Below, in pieces: positions 15,463 to 24,484 of a DNA stretch of 64,000 bases (position 1 is the stretch's first letter; the number at the start of each line of letters is the position of its first letter). The stretch spans positions 186,001-250,000 of IMG/VR virus record IMGVR_UViG_3300005613_000002. One strand, given 5' to 3'. The notes below the pieces were generated by a model. The model worked only from the letters and a program-made list of their open reading frames with translations, made no database searches and was not told where the DNA came from. Both the position numbers and the translations under genes were made by a program.

Positions 15463-15674
15463 TGATTAAATTATTAAATATTGGAGAAATAGATGGTGGT
15501 ACTATTAGACTACAATCACAATTATTAGTTGGAAGTGATACTGCTGATTTTATCTTAGAAAATAATGAATTAAAACATTGGGAAAATGGTAATAAAGGTT
15601 TTAATTTTTATAAAACCGATATACCATATGAAATTTTCACAGATAAAAAGGATATGGTTAGGCAACGATTATAA
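15462..15674 (+). CDS. hypothetical protein
   Basis: TAATG coupling. Confidence 0.65.
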   Translation: MIKLLNIGEIDGGTIRLQSQLLVGSDTADFILENNELKHWENGNKGFNFYKTDIPYEIFTDKKDMVRQRL

Positions 15675-15689
15675 TTAAAAACAATTATT

Positions 15690-15989
15690 ATGGCATACAA
15701 TATTAATACACATGGTGATTTTAAAAATTGGTGGTGTAAAAAACAAAAGAGAACATATTGGATTCTTGGTTATTTCGGTGGTGGTTCAATAAGTATATCA
15801 GATGCATATGAGTTAGCAAAACAATATGCCAAAGCAAATAATGTTGCTATTGAAACTGTTCAAATTGATGAAGTACCAAGTTCTCGAAGATATAAATATT
15901 TCAAATTTATATTTTCAACTGCATTAGAACAAGTTCCAGCTAAAGATAGCACTGAAATGGATAATGTTTATGAATGGTTAAGAGATTAA
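15690..15989 (+). CDS. hypothetical protein
   Basis: Co-oriented ORF. Confidence 0.7.
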   Translation: MAYNINTHGDFKNWWCKKQKRTYWILGYFGGGSISISDAYELAKQYAKANNVAIETVQIDEVPSSRRYKYFKFIFSTALEQVPAKDSTEMDNVYEWLRD

Positions 15990-16045
15990 TTTTAATTAAA
16001 AATACTATTAAGTTAGGTATTAGTTCCATAATGCCTCCTTTCTTT

Positions 16046-16080
16046 AAGTGTCAGTCCCGTTAAGACTGGCACTTTTTTTT
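16046..16080 (+). terminator. intrinsic terminator abutting next promoter
   Basis: AAGTGTCAGTC/GACTGGCACTT plus U-tract. Confidence 0.85.
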
Positions 16081-16108
16081 GTAACATTAATTAAAAATTT
16101 ACGTATAA
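16080..16108 (+). promoter_or_regulatory. ECF-type phage promoter (1 of 3 tandem)
   Basis: TGTAAC-N16-CGTATAA. Confidence 0.8.
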
Positions 16109-16192
16109 ATAAGTGGTCGGCAACCTAAAGTTGTGGAAAGAATAAACCTTACTATGGATATAATTGATCTAATAAGCATTATTTAAATTAAC

Positions 16193-16221
16193 TGTAACCT
16201 TTTTTAATTAAAAACGTATAA
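16193..16221 (+). promoter_or_regulatory. ECF-type phage promoter (2 of 3 tandem)
   Basis: TGTAAC-N16-CGTATAA. Confidence 0.8.
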
Positions 16222-16267
16222 ATAATCGAAATCACAATTATTCTATTTAAAAAATGTTTTGATTAAT

Positions 16268-16296
16268 TGTAACATTTATATTTAATATACGTATAT
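16268..16296 (+). promoter_or_regulatory. ECF-type phage promoter (3 of 3 tandem)
   Basis: TGTAAC-N16-CGTATAT. Confidence 0.8.
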
Positions 16297-16329
16297 TTGT
16301 ATAGAACATAACACATTAAAAATACTATC

Positions 16330-18654
16330 ATGGAAATTAATTTACTAGAATTAAGTACACAAGGTGTTGAAAGTACAACCACTGCAAGAAAAATGGGAAT
16401 GTCAAAGAATGCACAATCAATGGTATTCCAATTGTTTACAAAAAATGTATATTCTAATCCAATTGGTACAGTTGTACGTGAAATTACTTCCAATTGTTTT
16501 GATAGCCATGTTGAAGCCAAAGTTAAATCTCCTGTACTTATCAAGAAAACCTATGATGAACAAACTAAAACACATTATATATCATTTATTGATTTTGGTG
16601 TTGGTATGTCAGAAGAAAGGATTTATGAGATTTATGGTGTATATTTTGAAAGTACCAAACGTGTTGATAATACACAAATTGGTGGTTTTGGAATTGGTGG
16701 TAAAACTCCATTAGCATATAAACGTTCAACAGGTCAAGGTGATGGTGAATATGATAATAGCTTTTATATTATCACTAATTATAATGGTACTCGTTATTAC
16801 TATTGCATATATGAAGGTGCTGATGCTCCTGTAATTTCCCCTTTACATTCTGAACCAACAACAGAAAGAAACGGAACTGAAATTCGTATTCCAGTTTTAG
16901 AAAAAGATATGGATGACTTTGCTAAAGAAATGGTACGTCAACTTTATTATTTTGAAGATGTTATTTTTGAAGGTTTTGAAGATGCTTGGAGGCATGGTGA
17001 AACCTTATCAAATGAGTATCAAATATTCAGAGGTAAAACATTCTTATTTAGAGGTGACGATTATTTGAGCAATGTACATATATGTTTGGGTAGAGTTGCT
17101 TACCCAATTGATTATTCTGTTTTAGGTTTATCTTCTGGTGAATATAATTTACCAGTTGCAATTAGACTTGAAGTTGGAGATTTAAATGTTACAGTTTCAA
17201 GGGAAAGTATTGATTATAGTGAGTCTACAATCAAGATGTTAAAAAAGAAATTGGTTGAGGTGAAAACTGAAATTATTGGAATGATGGTGAAACAATATGA
17301 AAATATTGTTACCCTTGAAGATTATTTCAAAATGAAAACCGATTTTGGAAACTATACTTTTAGCAATGGGAAAAGTATTTCAGTTGGAAATGTTGTTAAA
17401 GAAAAAGATATTGATTTTACAAATTTCAATTTCAGTTTCATGAAAATGCCAACAGATAAACAATTGTTTAATTTGTTCTTCAATGTTAAATCTTATGGTA
17501 AAAAACCTAATAGAAGTCGTTATGGTAGTAGTAGTAATGAATTCGAAGGTGGTTATAAAGAATTACTTTCAAGTTCAAACCTTTATCATTTTAATAACGT
17601 TTTTAATCGTAAGGTTATTAAACAATCTTATTTAAAATCAGAACACATATTGTACCATATCATTAATCGTGAAAATTTGTCACAACCACATTTGCGTCAT
17701 AAGATTACTGAATTGTTCAATGTACATTTAGATTCACTTGTTGATGAAAATGGTGTTCCTGTTCAATTTGTTCAATCATTAATGGCAATGCAGGATGAAT
17801 ATTTTACCATTGTACAAGATCAAACTGTATGTTACGATACTTTGGAAGTTCCAGAAGATTTTATTGCAGAAAGAAAGAACCGTAATAAAATCACTGATGA
17901 TATGAGGAAATTAACATTTCCAATAAAATTCATGTGTGAATATTCTGGAAGTCCTACAAGAGTAAAACTAGATCATTTATTTAAATTTAATATGCCTATC
18001 TTTTATGGTACTACTGACGATGAATTTAAATTAGAAAAAGCTAGTAAAATATATAGACATTTGTTTAATGAGAAATTTTTAATAACTGGTTATTCTGAAT
18101 ATGGTTATAACAATAGTGTTGATAAATTTAATAGAGTAGGACATGATTCAACACAAAAAGCTGGAATTATGTTTATCAGAATAGCAAAAGGAAATGTTAA
18201 ATATATGAAGTTTTGCAAAAATGCAAATCATATTGATACTGTTTATGATAAACTATTCAAACGTAAAGAAAAAGTAGTTTTGAATTATTTTAAAACTTAT
18301 CAATTATTTAATAGTTATAATAATCTGGATGATTTATATAAAGATAAACATTTTGGATTAATTGATGAAAATTGGGGTGAAACAATTATTAAACTCAATA
18401 CTGATATTACTAAAATTAAGGATTCTTTATTGGTGAAAGATTTGGAATATATTGAATCATCATTAAGTCATTATTTTAATATTGATAGAAATAAAATTGA
18501 TAAGAAATACGATAAATTAATAAAAGCTATTGATGATCTGGTAATGTTGGAAGAAGTAAATAAAGATATTGTTGAATTTATTCGTATTCCACATAGTTTA
18601 GAATATGGAAATAAAAAACTATTTCCACTATTGAAAAAAGTAATGATATTATAA
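16330..18654 (+). CDS. rIIA: RIIA-like protein with N-terminal GHKL ATPase domain
   Basis: VYSNPIGTVVREITSNCFDS, FIDFGVGMS, GGFGIGGK, SRESI; adjacent to rIIB-like gene. Confidence 0.85.
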   Translation: MEINLLELSTQGVESTTTARKMGMSKNAQSMVFQLFTKNVYSNPIGTVVREITSNCFDSHVEAKVKSPVLIKKTYDEQTKTHYISFIDFGVGMSEERIYEIYGVYFESTKRVDNTQIGGFGIGGKTPLAYKRSTGQGDGEYDNSFYIITNYNGTRYYYCIYEGADAPVISPLHSEPTTERNGTEIRIPVLEKDMDDFAKEMVRQLYYFEDVIFEGFEDAWRHGETLSNEYQIFRGKTFLFRGDDYLSNVHICLGRVAYPIDYSVLGLSSGEYNLPVAIRLEVGDLNVTVSRESIDYSESTIKMLKKKLVEVKTEIIGMMVKQYENIVTLEDYFKMKTDFGNYTFSNGKSISVGNVVKEKDIDFTNFNFSFMKMPTDKQLFNLFFNVKSYGKKPNRSRYGSSSNEFEGGYKELLSSSNLYHFNNVFNRKVIKQSYLKSEHILYHIINRENLSQPHLRHKITELFNVHLDSLVDENGVPVQFVQSLMAMQDEYFTIVQDQTVCYDTLEVPEDFIAERKNRNKITDDMRKLTFPIKFMCEYSGSPTRVKLDHLFKFNMPIFYGTTDDEFKLEKASKIYRHLFNEKFLITGYSEYGYNNSVDKFNRVGHDSTQKAGIMFIRIAKGNVKYMKFCKNANHIDTVYDKLFKRKEKVVLNYFKTYQLFNSYNNLDDLYKDKHFGLIDENWGETIIKLNTDITKIKDSLLVKDLEYIESSLSHYFNIDRNKIDKKYDKLIKAIDDLVMLEEVNKDIVEFIRIPHSLEYGNKKLFPLLKKVMIL

Positions 18655-18666
18655 TCATTACTTTTT
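18635..18666 (+). terminator. hairpin at rIIA stop fused to next -35
   Basis: AAAAAGTAATGAT/ATCATTACTTTTT perfect 13 bp. Confidence 0.6.
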
Positions 18667-18694
18667 GTAACAAAATTTTAATTAATACGTATAA
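18666..18694 (+). promoter_or_regulatory. ECF-type phage promoter
   Basis: TGTAAC-N16-CGTATAA. Confidence 0.85.
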
Positions 18695-18726
18695 TAATAA
18701 ACAAACATTAATAAACAATAATAATC

Positions 18727-19923
18727 ATGAAAAACATTCAAGGTGTAAAAATCGGAAATGTTGTAAATCTATCAATTGATGGTAGACTTTGCAAAAAGAA
18801 TTGTGGTAGTCCAGAAGAAGCAGATGAACTTTTTCGTTTGGTACTAAAAGCAAAAGAAAACCCAACGGATGAAAATGTGAAAAACATTCGTGTTTATCTG
18901 AATGAACAAACTCGTATTGCAATGCTTGCTGGATTAGAATCAGATGTAGATACTGGTGAAGTATTCTTAGCTGGCTTTAATACTCCTGTACCTGAAACTC
19001 TTTTGGAAGTTATTAAAGAGTACCATGAAAATAAGTATCCTTTAGATGCTGTTATCAATTTCTGGAAACTCTTAATGATTAATCCAGATACACGTGTTCG
19101 AACTTCATTGTTTGATTTTATTAAATCACATGACTTTGTTTTAACTGATAAAGGTTATATGGTGGTTTATAAAGCAGTTTACTTGAAAGAAGCAAAAGTA
19201 AACACACCTGAGAAAAAATATGTGGAATTCCTTTCAAACAAATATCTTCATGTGAAAAAAACATGGAAATGTTCACCTAACAAATATGTGGCATATAAAA
19301 TTCTTGAAGATAATTCATATGGAATTACCAAAACAGTAACTGCTGAAAAATGGGATGAAAAGGAAAAGAACATTGAAATCTTAGGTAAACTTGGTGACTT
19401 ACATAAAGCCATTATTGAAAATAAGGTTGAAGTTAAAGAAGACCTAGCACCATTGTACACCGATATGTATTCAAAAACTATGAGTATCCAACTTGGTGTA
19501 CCAGTTTGTCAAGAAAGAAAAGATTGTAATGGAAATCCAAAAATAGAATGTTCTGATGGTTTGCATTGTGGTGCAACAAAATATGTTGAAAACTATGCAA
19601 ATAGAAGTTCTGCAATCTTAGCTTGTTTTGTTAATCCTGCAAATGTAGTTGCTGTTCCAGATTACGATAAATCAAAAATGCGTACCTGTGAATATTTCCC
19701 TTTTGCAGTTGCAACATTCGAAAATAAAAAGATTGACATTATTGAACAATCATATTTTGAAGAAGATTATTGCAATTATGAATCTACCGAATTAGAAAAA
19801 CAAATTGCAAAGATCAAAGCAAATGAACTTCCAATTGCAACAGCAAAGAAAGCTGAAAAGGAAACCCGACCAATGGTCGAACTTATGAAAATACTTGAAA
19901 CAAGATTAGTTGATATTGTGTAA
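18727..19923 (+). CDS. rIIB: RIIB-like protein
   Basis: LINFW..LM.NP, LTDKG..V.YKAV, CSDGLHCG..KY, VNPANVVAVP.YD.SKMRTCEY. Confidence 0.85.
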   Translation: MKNIQGVKIGNVVNLSIDGRLCKKNCGSPEEADELFRLVLKAKENPTDENVKNIRVYLNEQTRIAMLAGLESDVDTGEVFLAGFNTPVPETLLEVIKEYHENKYPLDAVINFWKLLMINPDTRVRTSLFDFIKSHDFVLTDKGYMVVYKAVYLKEAKVNTPEKKYVEFLSNKYLHVKKTWKCSPNKYVAYKILEDNSYGITKTVTAEKWDEKEKNIEILGKLGDLHKAIIENKVEVKEDLAPLYTDMYSKTMSIQLGVPVCQERKDCNGNPKIECSDGLHCGATKYVENYANRSSAILACFVNPANVVAVPDYDKSKMRTCEYFPFAVATFENKKIDIIEQSYFEEDYCNYESTELEKQIAKIKANELPIATAKKAEKETRPMVELMKILETRLVDIV

Positions 19924-19933
19924 TGTTTGTGTT

Positions 19934-19965
19934 AAACCTTCCTGTATAATGTACAGGGAGGTTTT
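19934..19965 (+). terminator. intrinsic terminator
   Basis: AAACCTTCCTGTA/TACAGGGAGGTTT. Confidence 0.7.
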
Positions 19966-20013
19966 AGTTTATTAACAAACATTAAGGGTAATAATCGTTT
20001 TAATTAAAAAAAT

Positions 20014-20292
20014 ATGAGTAAAATATATTTATCAGCAGACATAAGGGAAATTAATAGTTTTAACTTTACAGTTGAAGTTGATGATAATCTACCTATAACA
20101 AAAGCAGTTGAAGTTGCTAAAGATAAATTAAAAGCACATCTGGATGTTCAATGTCCAAACCCTTTACAAAGTTCACCAGATAAGAATGGAATTCATTGTT
20201 ATGATTGTGAAGGTTCTGTTGAAACCGAAGACACCGTTTCTATTGATGTAAATAATACATTACATAAAATTCAATCGATAACAACAAAATAA
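20014..20292 (+). CDS. hypothetical protein
   Basis: Co-oriented ORF. Confidence 0.65.
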   Translation: MSKIYLSADIREINSFNFTVEVDDNLPITKAVEVAKDKLKAHLDVQCPNPLQSSPDKNGIHCYDCEGSVETEDTVSIDVNNTLHKIQSITTK

Positions 20293-20297
20293 TTATC

Positions 20298-20777
20298 ATG
20301 GATATCAATACTAAAAGAAAATATAAAAAAATTAGTAAAAATTTATATAAAGCAGCTACTAGTTGTATTGTATTATTTTTTATTGTTCTAATTGTATTAG
20401 GAACAAAAAAAATTGACGCATCAAATTTAAATGCTGCTTGGGGTATGGTAATAATTATGTCACCAATATTCATTGGGTTATTCTTTGCTTTCTTTGGTGC
20501 TATATATTATGAATATTTCAATAGCTATCATAAAAAAGTTATTGAATATCGTAAACGTTTCCATATTACCAAGATTTATGAATTTATTGATATTGGTGAT
20601 TTCGAGAAAGCTATTCCTATCTATAACAATCTTAAACAAAGTATGGATAAGGATATGTTGTACATCTATTTAATTAAATCTTCAATGGATTCAGATGACC
20701 CCAAACAAAAAGCTAAAGGTTTAGAGAATTATAATGTTATACGCAACTGGTATGATGTTGAAAAAGTTTTTAATTAA
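20298..20777 (+). CDS. two-TM membrane protein
   Basis: Two hydrophobic helices at N-terminus. Confidence 0.7.
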   Translation: MDINTKRKYKKISKNLYKAATSCIVLFFIVLIVLGTKKIDASNLNAAWGMVIIMSPIFIGLFFAFFGAIYYEYFNSYHKKVIEYRKRFHITKIYEFIDIGDFEKAIPIYNNLKQSMDKDMLYIYLIKSSMDSDDPKQKAKGLENYNVIRNWYDVEKVFN

Positions 20778-20779
20778 TA

Positions 20780-21028
20780 ATGGCTAACAGAAAATCAGGA
20801 AAAGAACTTAGAAAGGAATATCAAGACCTTCTGGATAAGACCAAGGCAATGCGTAAACGCATTATTAAAAGAGCAGAAGATTTAATTAAAAGATATCCAA
20901 ATGTTGTTGTAAATGATTTTGATCTATATAAACTAAATATACAAGCAGCAATGTCCATTATTGAAAAAATTGAAGAACATATTGCTGACAAACATCCACA
21001 TCAACAAACTAAAATGTTTAACACTTAA
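20780..21028 (+). CDS. hypothetical protein
   Basis: Co-oriented ORF. Confidence 0.7.
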   Translation: MANRKSGKELRKEYQDLLDKTKAMRKRIIKRAEDLIKRYPNVVVNDFDLYKLNIQAAMSIIEKIEEHIADKHPHQQTKMFNT

Positions 21029-21038
21029 AAAATACATA

Positions 21039-21449
21039 ATGAAAAAAGCTAAAGTATTAGAAATAAAAACTTCAGAAATAAAAACTTCAGTAAATAGAAT
21101 TACTGAAAAAGTAATTCTTTTAGAAAAAAAGAATAAAGATTTTTTCTTGAAAGTCAATTCATTATTATATAATCCAATATATAATGGCTTCCATGAACTT
21201 AGAAAAATCAATGATGATGATACTGTTGTCATTAGTGATTGTTGTAATTATCTTATTGACGCAACAACAACTATCTCCAATAATAAAGTAAAGGTTGATT
21301 ATTTAACTAAACTAAAACCAGTTTATAAACTTCATAATTTTATGGAATATTGTAATACTGTTAAGGCGTGGAGAGTTAAAAAAAGTTTAGGACATAAATC
21401 ATACTTGTTCTATAAAGATATTAATGTTATTAATATCTTCGAACATTAG
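21039..21449 (+). CDS. hypothetical protein
   Basis: Start moved from 20961 to avoid overlap. Confidence 0.65.
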   Translation: MKKAKVLEIKTSEIKTSVNRITEKVILLEKKNKDFFLKVNSLLYNPIYNGFHELRKINDDDTVVISDCCNYLIDATTTISNNKVKVDYLTKLKPVYKLHNFMEYCNTVKAWRVKKSLGHKSYLFYKDINVINIFEH

Positions 21450-21452
21450 ATA

Positions 21453-21620
21453 ATGTACAGAATATCTAAGAACATAAGAAAGTTTAGCTCAACACCCATT
21501 GTACGACCATACAAAGATGATAAGGGTAAAGAGAAAGAACAAATGGTTTGTGTATGCATTGGTAAGAAAAAAGAAGCTGATGCTTTAGCATTAAAAATTG
21601 TTGAACTATTAAATCAATAA
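21453..21620 (+). CDS. small protein, 55 aa
   Basis: MYRISKNIRK...; fills the gap. Confidence 0.55.
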   Translation: MYRISKNIRKFSSTPIVRPYKDDKGKEKEQMVCVCIGKKKEADALALKIVELLNQ

Positions 21621-21621
21621 T

Positions 21622-21864
21622 ATGACACACGAAGACTTACTTGAAATTGGTTTTAAACTATATGGTGAAACAGAAAATGACCCATACTATAAACTAATCT
21701 ATAGACCACCATTTAATTTTGGTATTACTTCTTTATCTGGTGTGTTCTTAGGATTAAATAATACCGAATTTTATCTTTATAATAACAACACTAGATATAC
21801 TGATAAAAAAGAGTTAAAAACATTAGTTAATATACTAGGAAATGAAATATATGGTATTGATTAA
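21622..21864 (+). CDS. hypothetical protein
   Basis: Co-oriented ORF. Confidence 0.65.
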   Translation: MTHEDLLEIGFKLYGETENDPYYKLIYRPPFNFGITSLSGVFLGLNNTEFYLYNNNTRYTDKKELKTLVNILGNEIYGID

Positions 21865-21895
21865 TGTTAAATCATAACAAATTAAATAAAATATC

Positions 21896-22039
21896 ATGAA
21901 CGATAAATCAAGAGACTGGTGGAACATGCAATCTTTAGATAACCAAATCTGGTTATTAATGAAACATGGGTTTGAAAACTTTAATCCTAAGAATGTGAAA
22001 CTTGAACAAATATCAAAATTATATAAATTAGAGCATTAA
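21896..22039 (+). CDS. small protein, 47 aa
   Basis: MNDKSRDWWN...; not in ORF track. Confidence 0.55.
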   Translation: MNDKSRDWWNMQSLDNQIWLLMKHGFENFNPKNVKLEQISKLYKLEH

Positions 22040-22131
22040 ACTTATAAACTGAAAGCTCAGACCCTAGTAAGAACAACTTTCAGTTTAATAGAATAATGTA
22101 CGTTTTACTTACAGATTAATAATTTTAAACT

Positions 22132-22599
22132 ATGATTAAATATATTAAAGGTGATGCAACATCACCAGTAGGAGAAGGAAATAAAGTAATAGCACATATT
22201 TCTAATGATGTTGGTGGTTGGGGTGCAGGTTTCGTATTAGCATTATCCAAGAGGTGGATACAACCTGAAGCACATTATCGTGCTGAAGCTAAAAAACTAA
22301 CCAAAGAGAACCCATACTTAACTCTGGGTGATGTACAGTTTGTACAAGTTGAAAATAATATTGTTGTTGCTAATATGATAGGACAACACCTAACTGTCTC
22401 AAGAACAAAAGAAACCCCAATTAGATATGAAGCAGTTAAAAAATGCTTAGAAGAAGTAAATGAATTCTGTATGTTAAATAACGCAACACTTCATGCACCA
22501 AGATTCGGTTCAGGTTTAGCTGGTGGTGATTGGAATAAGATTGAAGCAATCATTAATTCCACAATGTCCGTTGATGTTACTATATACGATTTTAATTAA
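22132..22599 (+). CDS. macrodomain (Appr-1-p / ADP-ribose processing) protein
   Basis: IKGDAT, IAHISNDVGGWGAGFV.A, PRFGSGLAGGDW. Confidence 0.9.
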   Translation: MIKYIKGDATSPVGEGNKVIAHISNDVGGWGAGFVLALSKRWIQPEAHYRAEAKKLTKENPYLTLGDVQFVQVENNIVVANMIGQHLTVSRTKETPIRYEAVKKCLEEVNEFCMLNNATLHAPRFGSGLAGGDWNKIEAIINSTMSVDVTIYDFN

Positions 22600-22610
22600 A
22601 AAAGGTTACA
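22582..22610 (-). promoter_or_regulatory. ECF-type promoter, antisense to macrodomain gene
   Basis: Minus strand TGTAAC-CTTTTTTAATTAAAAT-CGTATAT. Confidence 0.75.
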
Positions 22611-22633
22611 AATATTATTAACTAAAAACTTAT

Positions 22634-22918
22634 ATGAGTAGAATTGTTAATTACAAAGACGATAGATTATGTTTCGTTTCAGGATTAGATCATGTTTTAG
22701 GAAAGTTTATTCAACTATATGATAACGAAATTGAAACACCTGATGGTGAAGGAATTGTTTTAGATTGGACTGAACGTTTCGGAATATCAATTAACCTAAC
22801 TGGAGAATCAATAAGTAATAATGAACATGAAGTTCTAATGATGATTAGTAAATATCTCTCAAAACATAACAAAGAATTAATCATTATTACTGCCGAACAA
22901 CAAAACAATCTAAATTAA
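22634..22918 (+). CDS. hypothetical protein
   Basis: Co-oriented ORF. Confidence 0.7.
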   Translation: MSRIVNYKDDRLCFVSGLDHVLGKFIQLYDNEIETPDGEGIVLDWTERFGISINLTGESISNNEHEVLMMISKYLSKHNKELIIITAEQQNNLN

Positions 22919-22999
22919 TCATAAGCCGAATGTAATTCATATTGATATTTTTATTACATTTACATTACGATAAAATAATTCCAATAATTAGAGAGATAT

Positions 23000-23464
23000 A
23001 TGACTAGAAGAAAAAAAGAATACTCCCCTGAAGAAAACACAACATTTAATACTACCAATAATTATAACATAGAACTAGAGTTTAACCTTATCAATCATGA
23101 TAAAGAATTATCAGATGCTGAAGATGCTATCGAAACATTAAAGCTGAAGGTCATTGAAATTATTATTAATGAAACCTTAGACGATAATGTACATGAAGAA
23201 TTCTATGAGGAAATAATGAGAGTGCTCGACTATACAGGTAGACTATCAATGCAAATATTCGCAATTAATGACTTGCTTGAAGAACAATACCTGAAGAAAT
23301 ATAAAAACGCTCCTGCAATGGCTAAAGAATTATGGCTTAACCATTATGAACAATTACACCAACCATATAACAAAATTAAAAATAGATGCTTTAAACTCTT
23401 AGATCGTTTAGATAATGGTTATGTCGCATTGTACGATAAGAACCCTCCTAACTGGAATCCATAA
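23000..23464 (+). CDS. helical hypothetical protein
   Basis: Last + strand gene. Confidence 0.75.
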   Translation: MTRRKKEYSPEENTTFNTTNNYNIELEFNLINHDKELSDAEDAIETLKLKVIEIIINETLDDNVHEEFYEEIMRVLDYTGRLSMQIFAINDLLEEQYLKKYKNAPAMAKELWLNHYEQLHQPYNKIKNRCFKLLDRLDNGYVALYDKNPPNWNP

Positions 23465-23518
23465 TGTACAATCTAAAAAATAATTGTAGTTCATCACATT
23501 AATGCTACAGTGTTCTCG

Positions 23519-23556
23519 AATGTCCAGTTTATTTAATTATTTACTGGACATTTTTT
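23519..23556 (+). terminator. terminator closing + block
   Basis: AATGTCCAGT/ACTGGACATT plus U-tract. Confidence 0.7.
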
Positions 23557-23561
23557 ATTCA

Positions 23562-23619
23562 CCATTGTACACAAACTCTACAACACCCATTGTACACCTA
23601 ATATATTTTACCATTGTAC
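23562..23619 (+). repeat. three CCATTGTAC direct repeats, 24-25 bp period
   Basis: Copies at 23562, 23587, 23611. Confidence 0.8.
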
Positions 23620-23969
23620 GAAGATACATTCCCAGAGGGTGTTAACCTTTATCTAAAATAAATAAAGTAACCCCTAAGTTTATAGTTATTTATAAAATAT
23701 TATAAAATTAAGTTTCTATAAAAAATATCTATAAGGAAAGTTTGGCGTGTGGGGACTACATTTTCTTGATTTTACCATAAAAACCATTATTTTTCTTCCA
23801 TTTCATGACACAATCTTCCATTTTAAACCTTCAATTTACTGAAAGATGTATTGTACACCGTCTAACTACCTGATAATCAGTAGTACCATTATATTATAAA
23901 ATAGTACAAAATATTACAGTTTTTTAGGGTTATGGTACAGTTAAAGTTAGGTTATGTTTATATTAAATT

Positions 23970-24104
23970 TTAGATATATTCCTCACCACATTTATATATC
24001 TTAGTTTTAAGTCCTAATTCATTATAGACATCATGTTTAAATAATCTACCATTAAAGTTACAATTATTACATTTAGGATGTAAGAACCTCCAAAAATTCA
24101 TCAT
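23970..24104 (-). CDS. small Cys-containing protein, 44 aa
   Basis: MMNFWRFLHPKCNNC...KCGEEYI; starts 2 nt after upstream stop. Confidence 0.5.
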   Translation of the reverse strand: MMNFWRFLHPKCNNCNFNGRLFKHDVYNELGLKTKIYKCGEEYI

Positions 24105-24106
24105 AA

Positions 24107-24436
24107 TCACAATGAATTTAATTTTACTTTTCCTTTAACAACATTTATTTTATCTTTATTCTTTTCACCAATTTTGATATCTAAATCATATTCTCTGGAA
24201 AGCAGCATATTGTTTGCATCTTCTTTAGTTATTATTTTTAAGAATTCATTAGTCATACCAGAGTGTTCATGAATATCTTTATAAATTTTATCACCTATTA
24301 GATACTCAAGATCATATTTAAGTTCTTTATTGTCACCTCTGTCTGCTTTTCTGACATTTCTTATTATACCTAATCCATATGCACCTCTTTCAATATGGTG
24401 TACTAGTTGACCATCTTTAATGTATTTTCTATTCAT
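24107..24436 (-). CDS. hypothetical protein
   Basis: Co-oriented ORF in - block. Confidence 0.7.
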   Translation of the reverse strand: MNRKYIKDGQLVHHIERGAYGLGIIRNVRKADRGDNKELKYDLEYLIGDKIYKDIHEHSGMTNEFLKIITKEDANNMLLSREYDLDIKIGEKNKDKINVVKGKVKLNSL

Positions 24437-24484
24437 GATTATTAATTAAAATTATATTTATTTATATACCTATAACTACAAAAA

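Noticed and set aside
16364-16714. Same-strand alternate-frame ORFs (16364-16714, 18725-18922, 20473-20673, 34794-35012, 53303-53518)
   Set aside because: Nested in well-supported genes with no motifs or start context.
642-18694. Promoter repeats as a CRISPR array
   Set aside because: Spacing is irregular (75 to more than 2000 bp), the intervals hold whole genes, and only two short boxes are conserved.
21059-21090. 15-bp tandem duplication (EIKTS x2)
   Set aside because: In-frame micro-duplication with no sign of function.
2372-21449. Stop-codon reassignment (TAG or TGA), as in some large phages
   Set aside because: TAG and TGA end genes at promoter or gene junctions, and long genes (rIIA, rIIB) are uninterrupted in the standard code.
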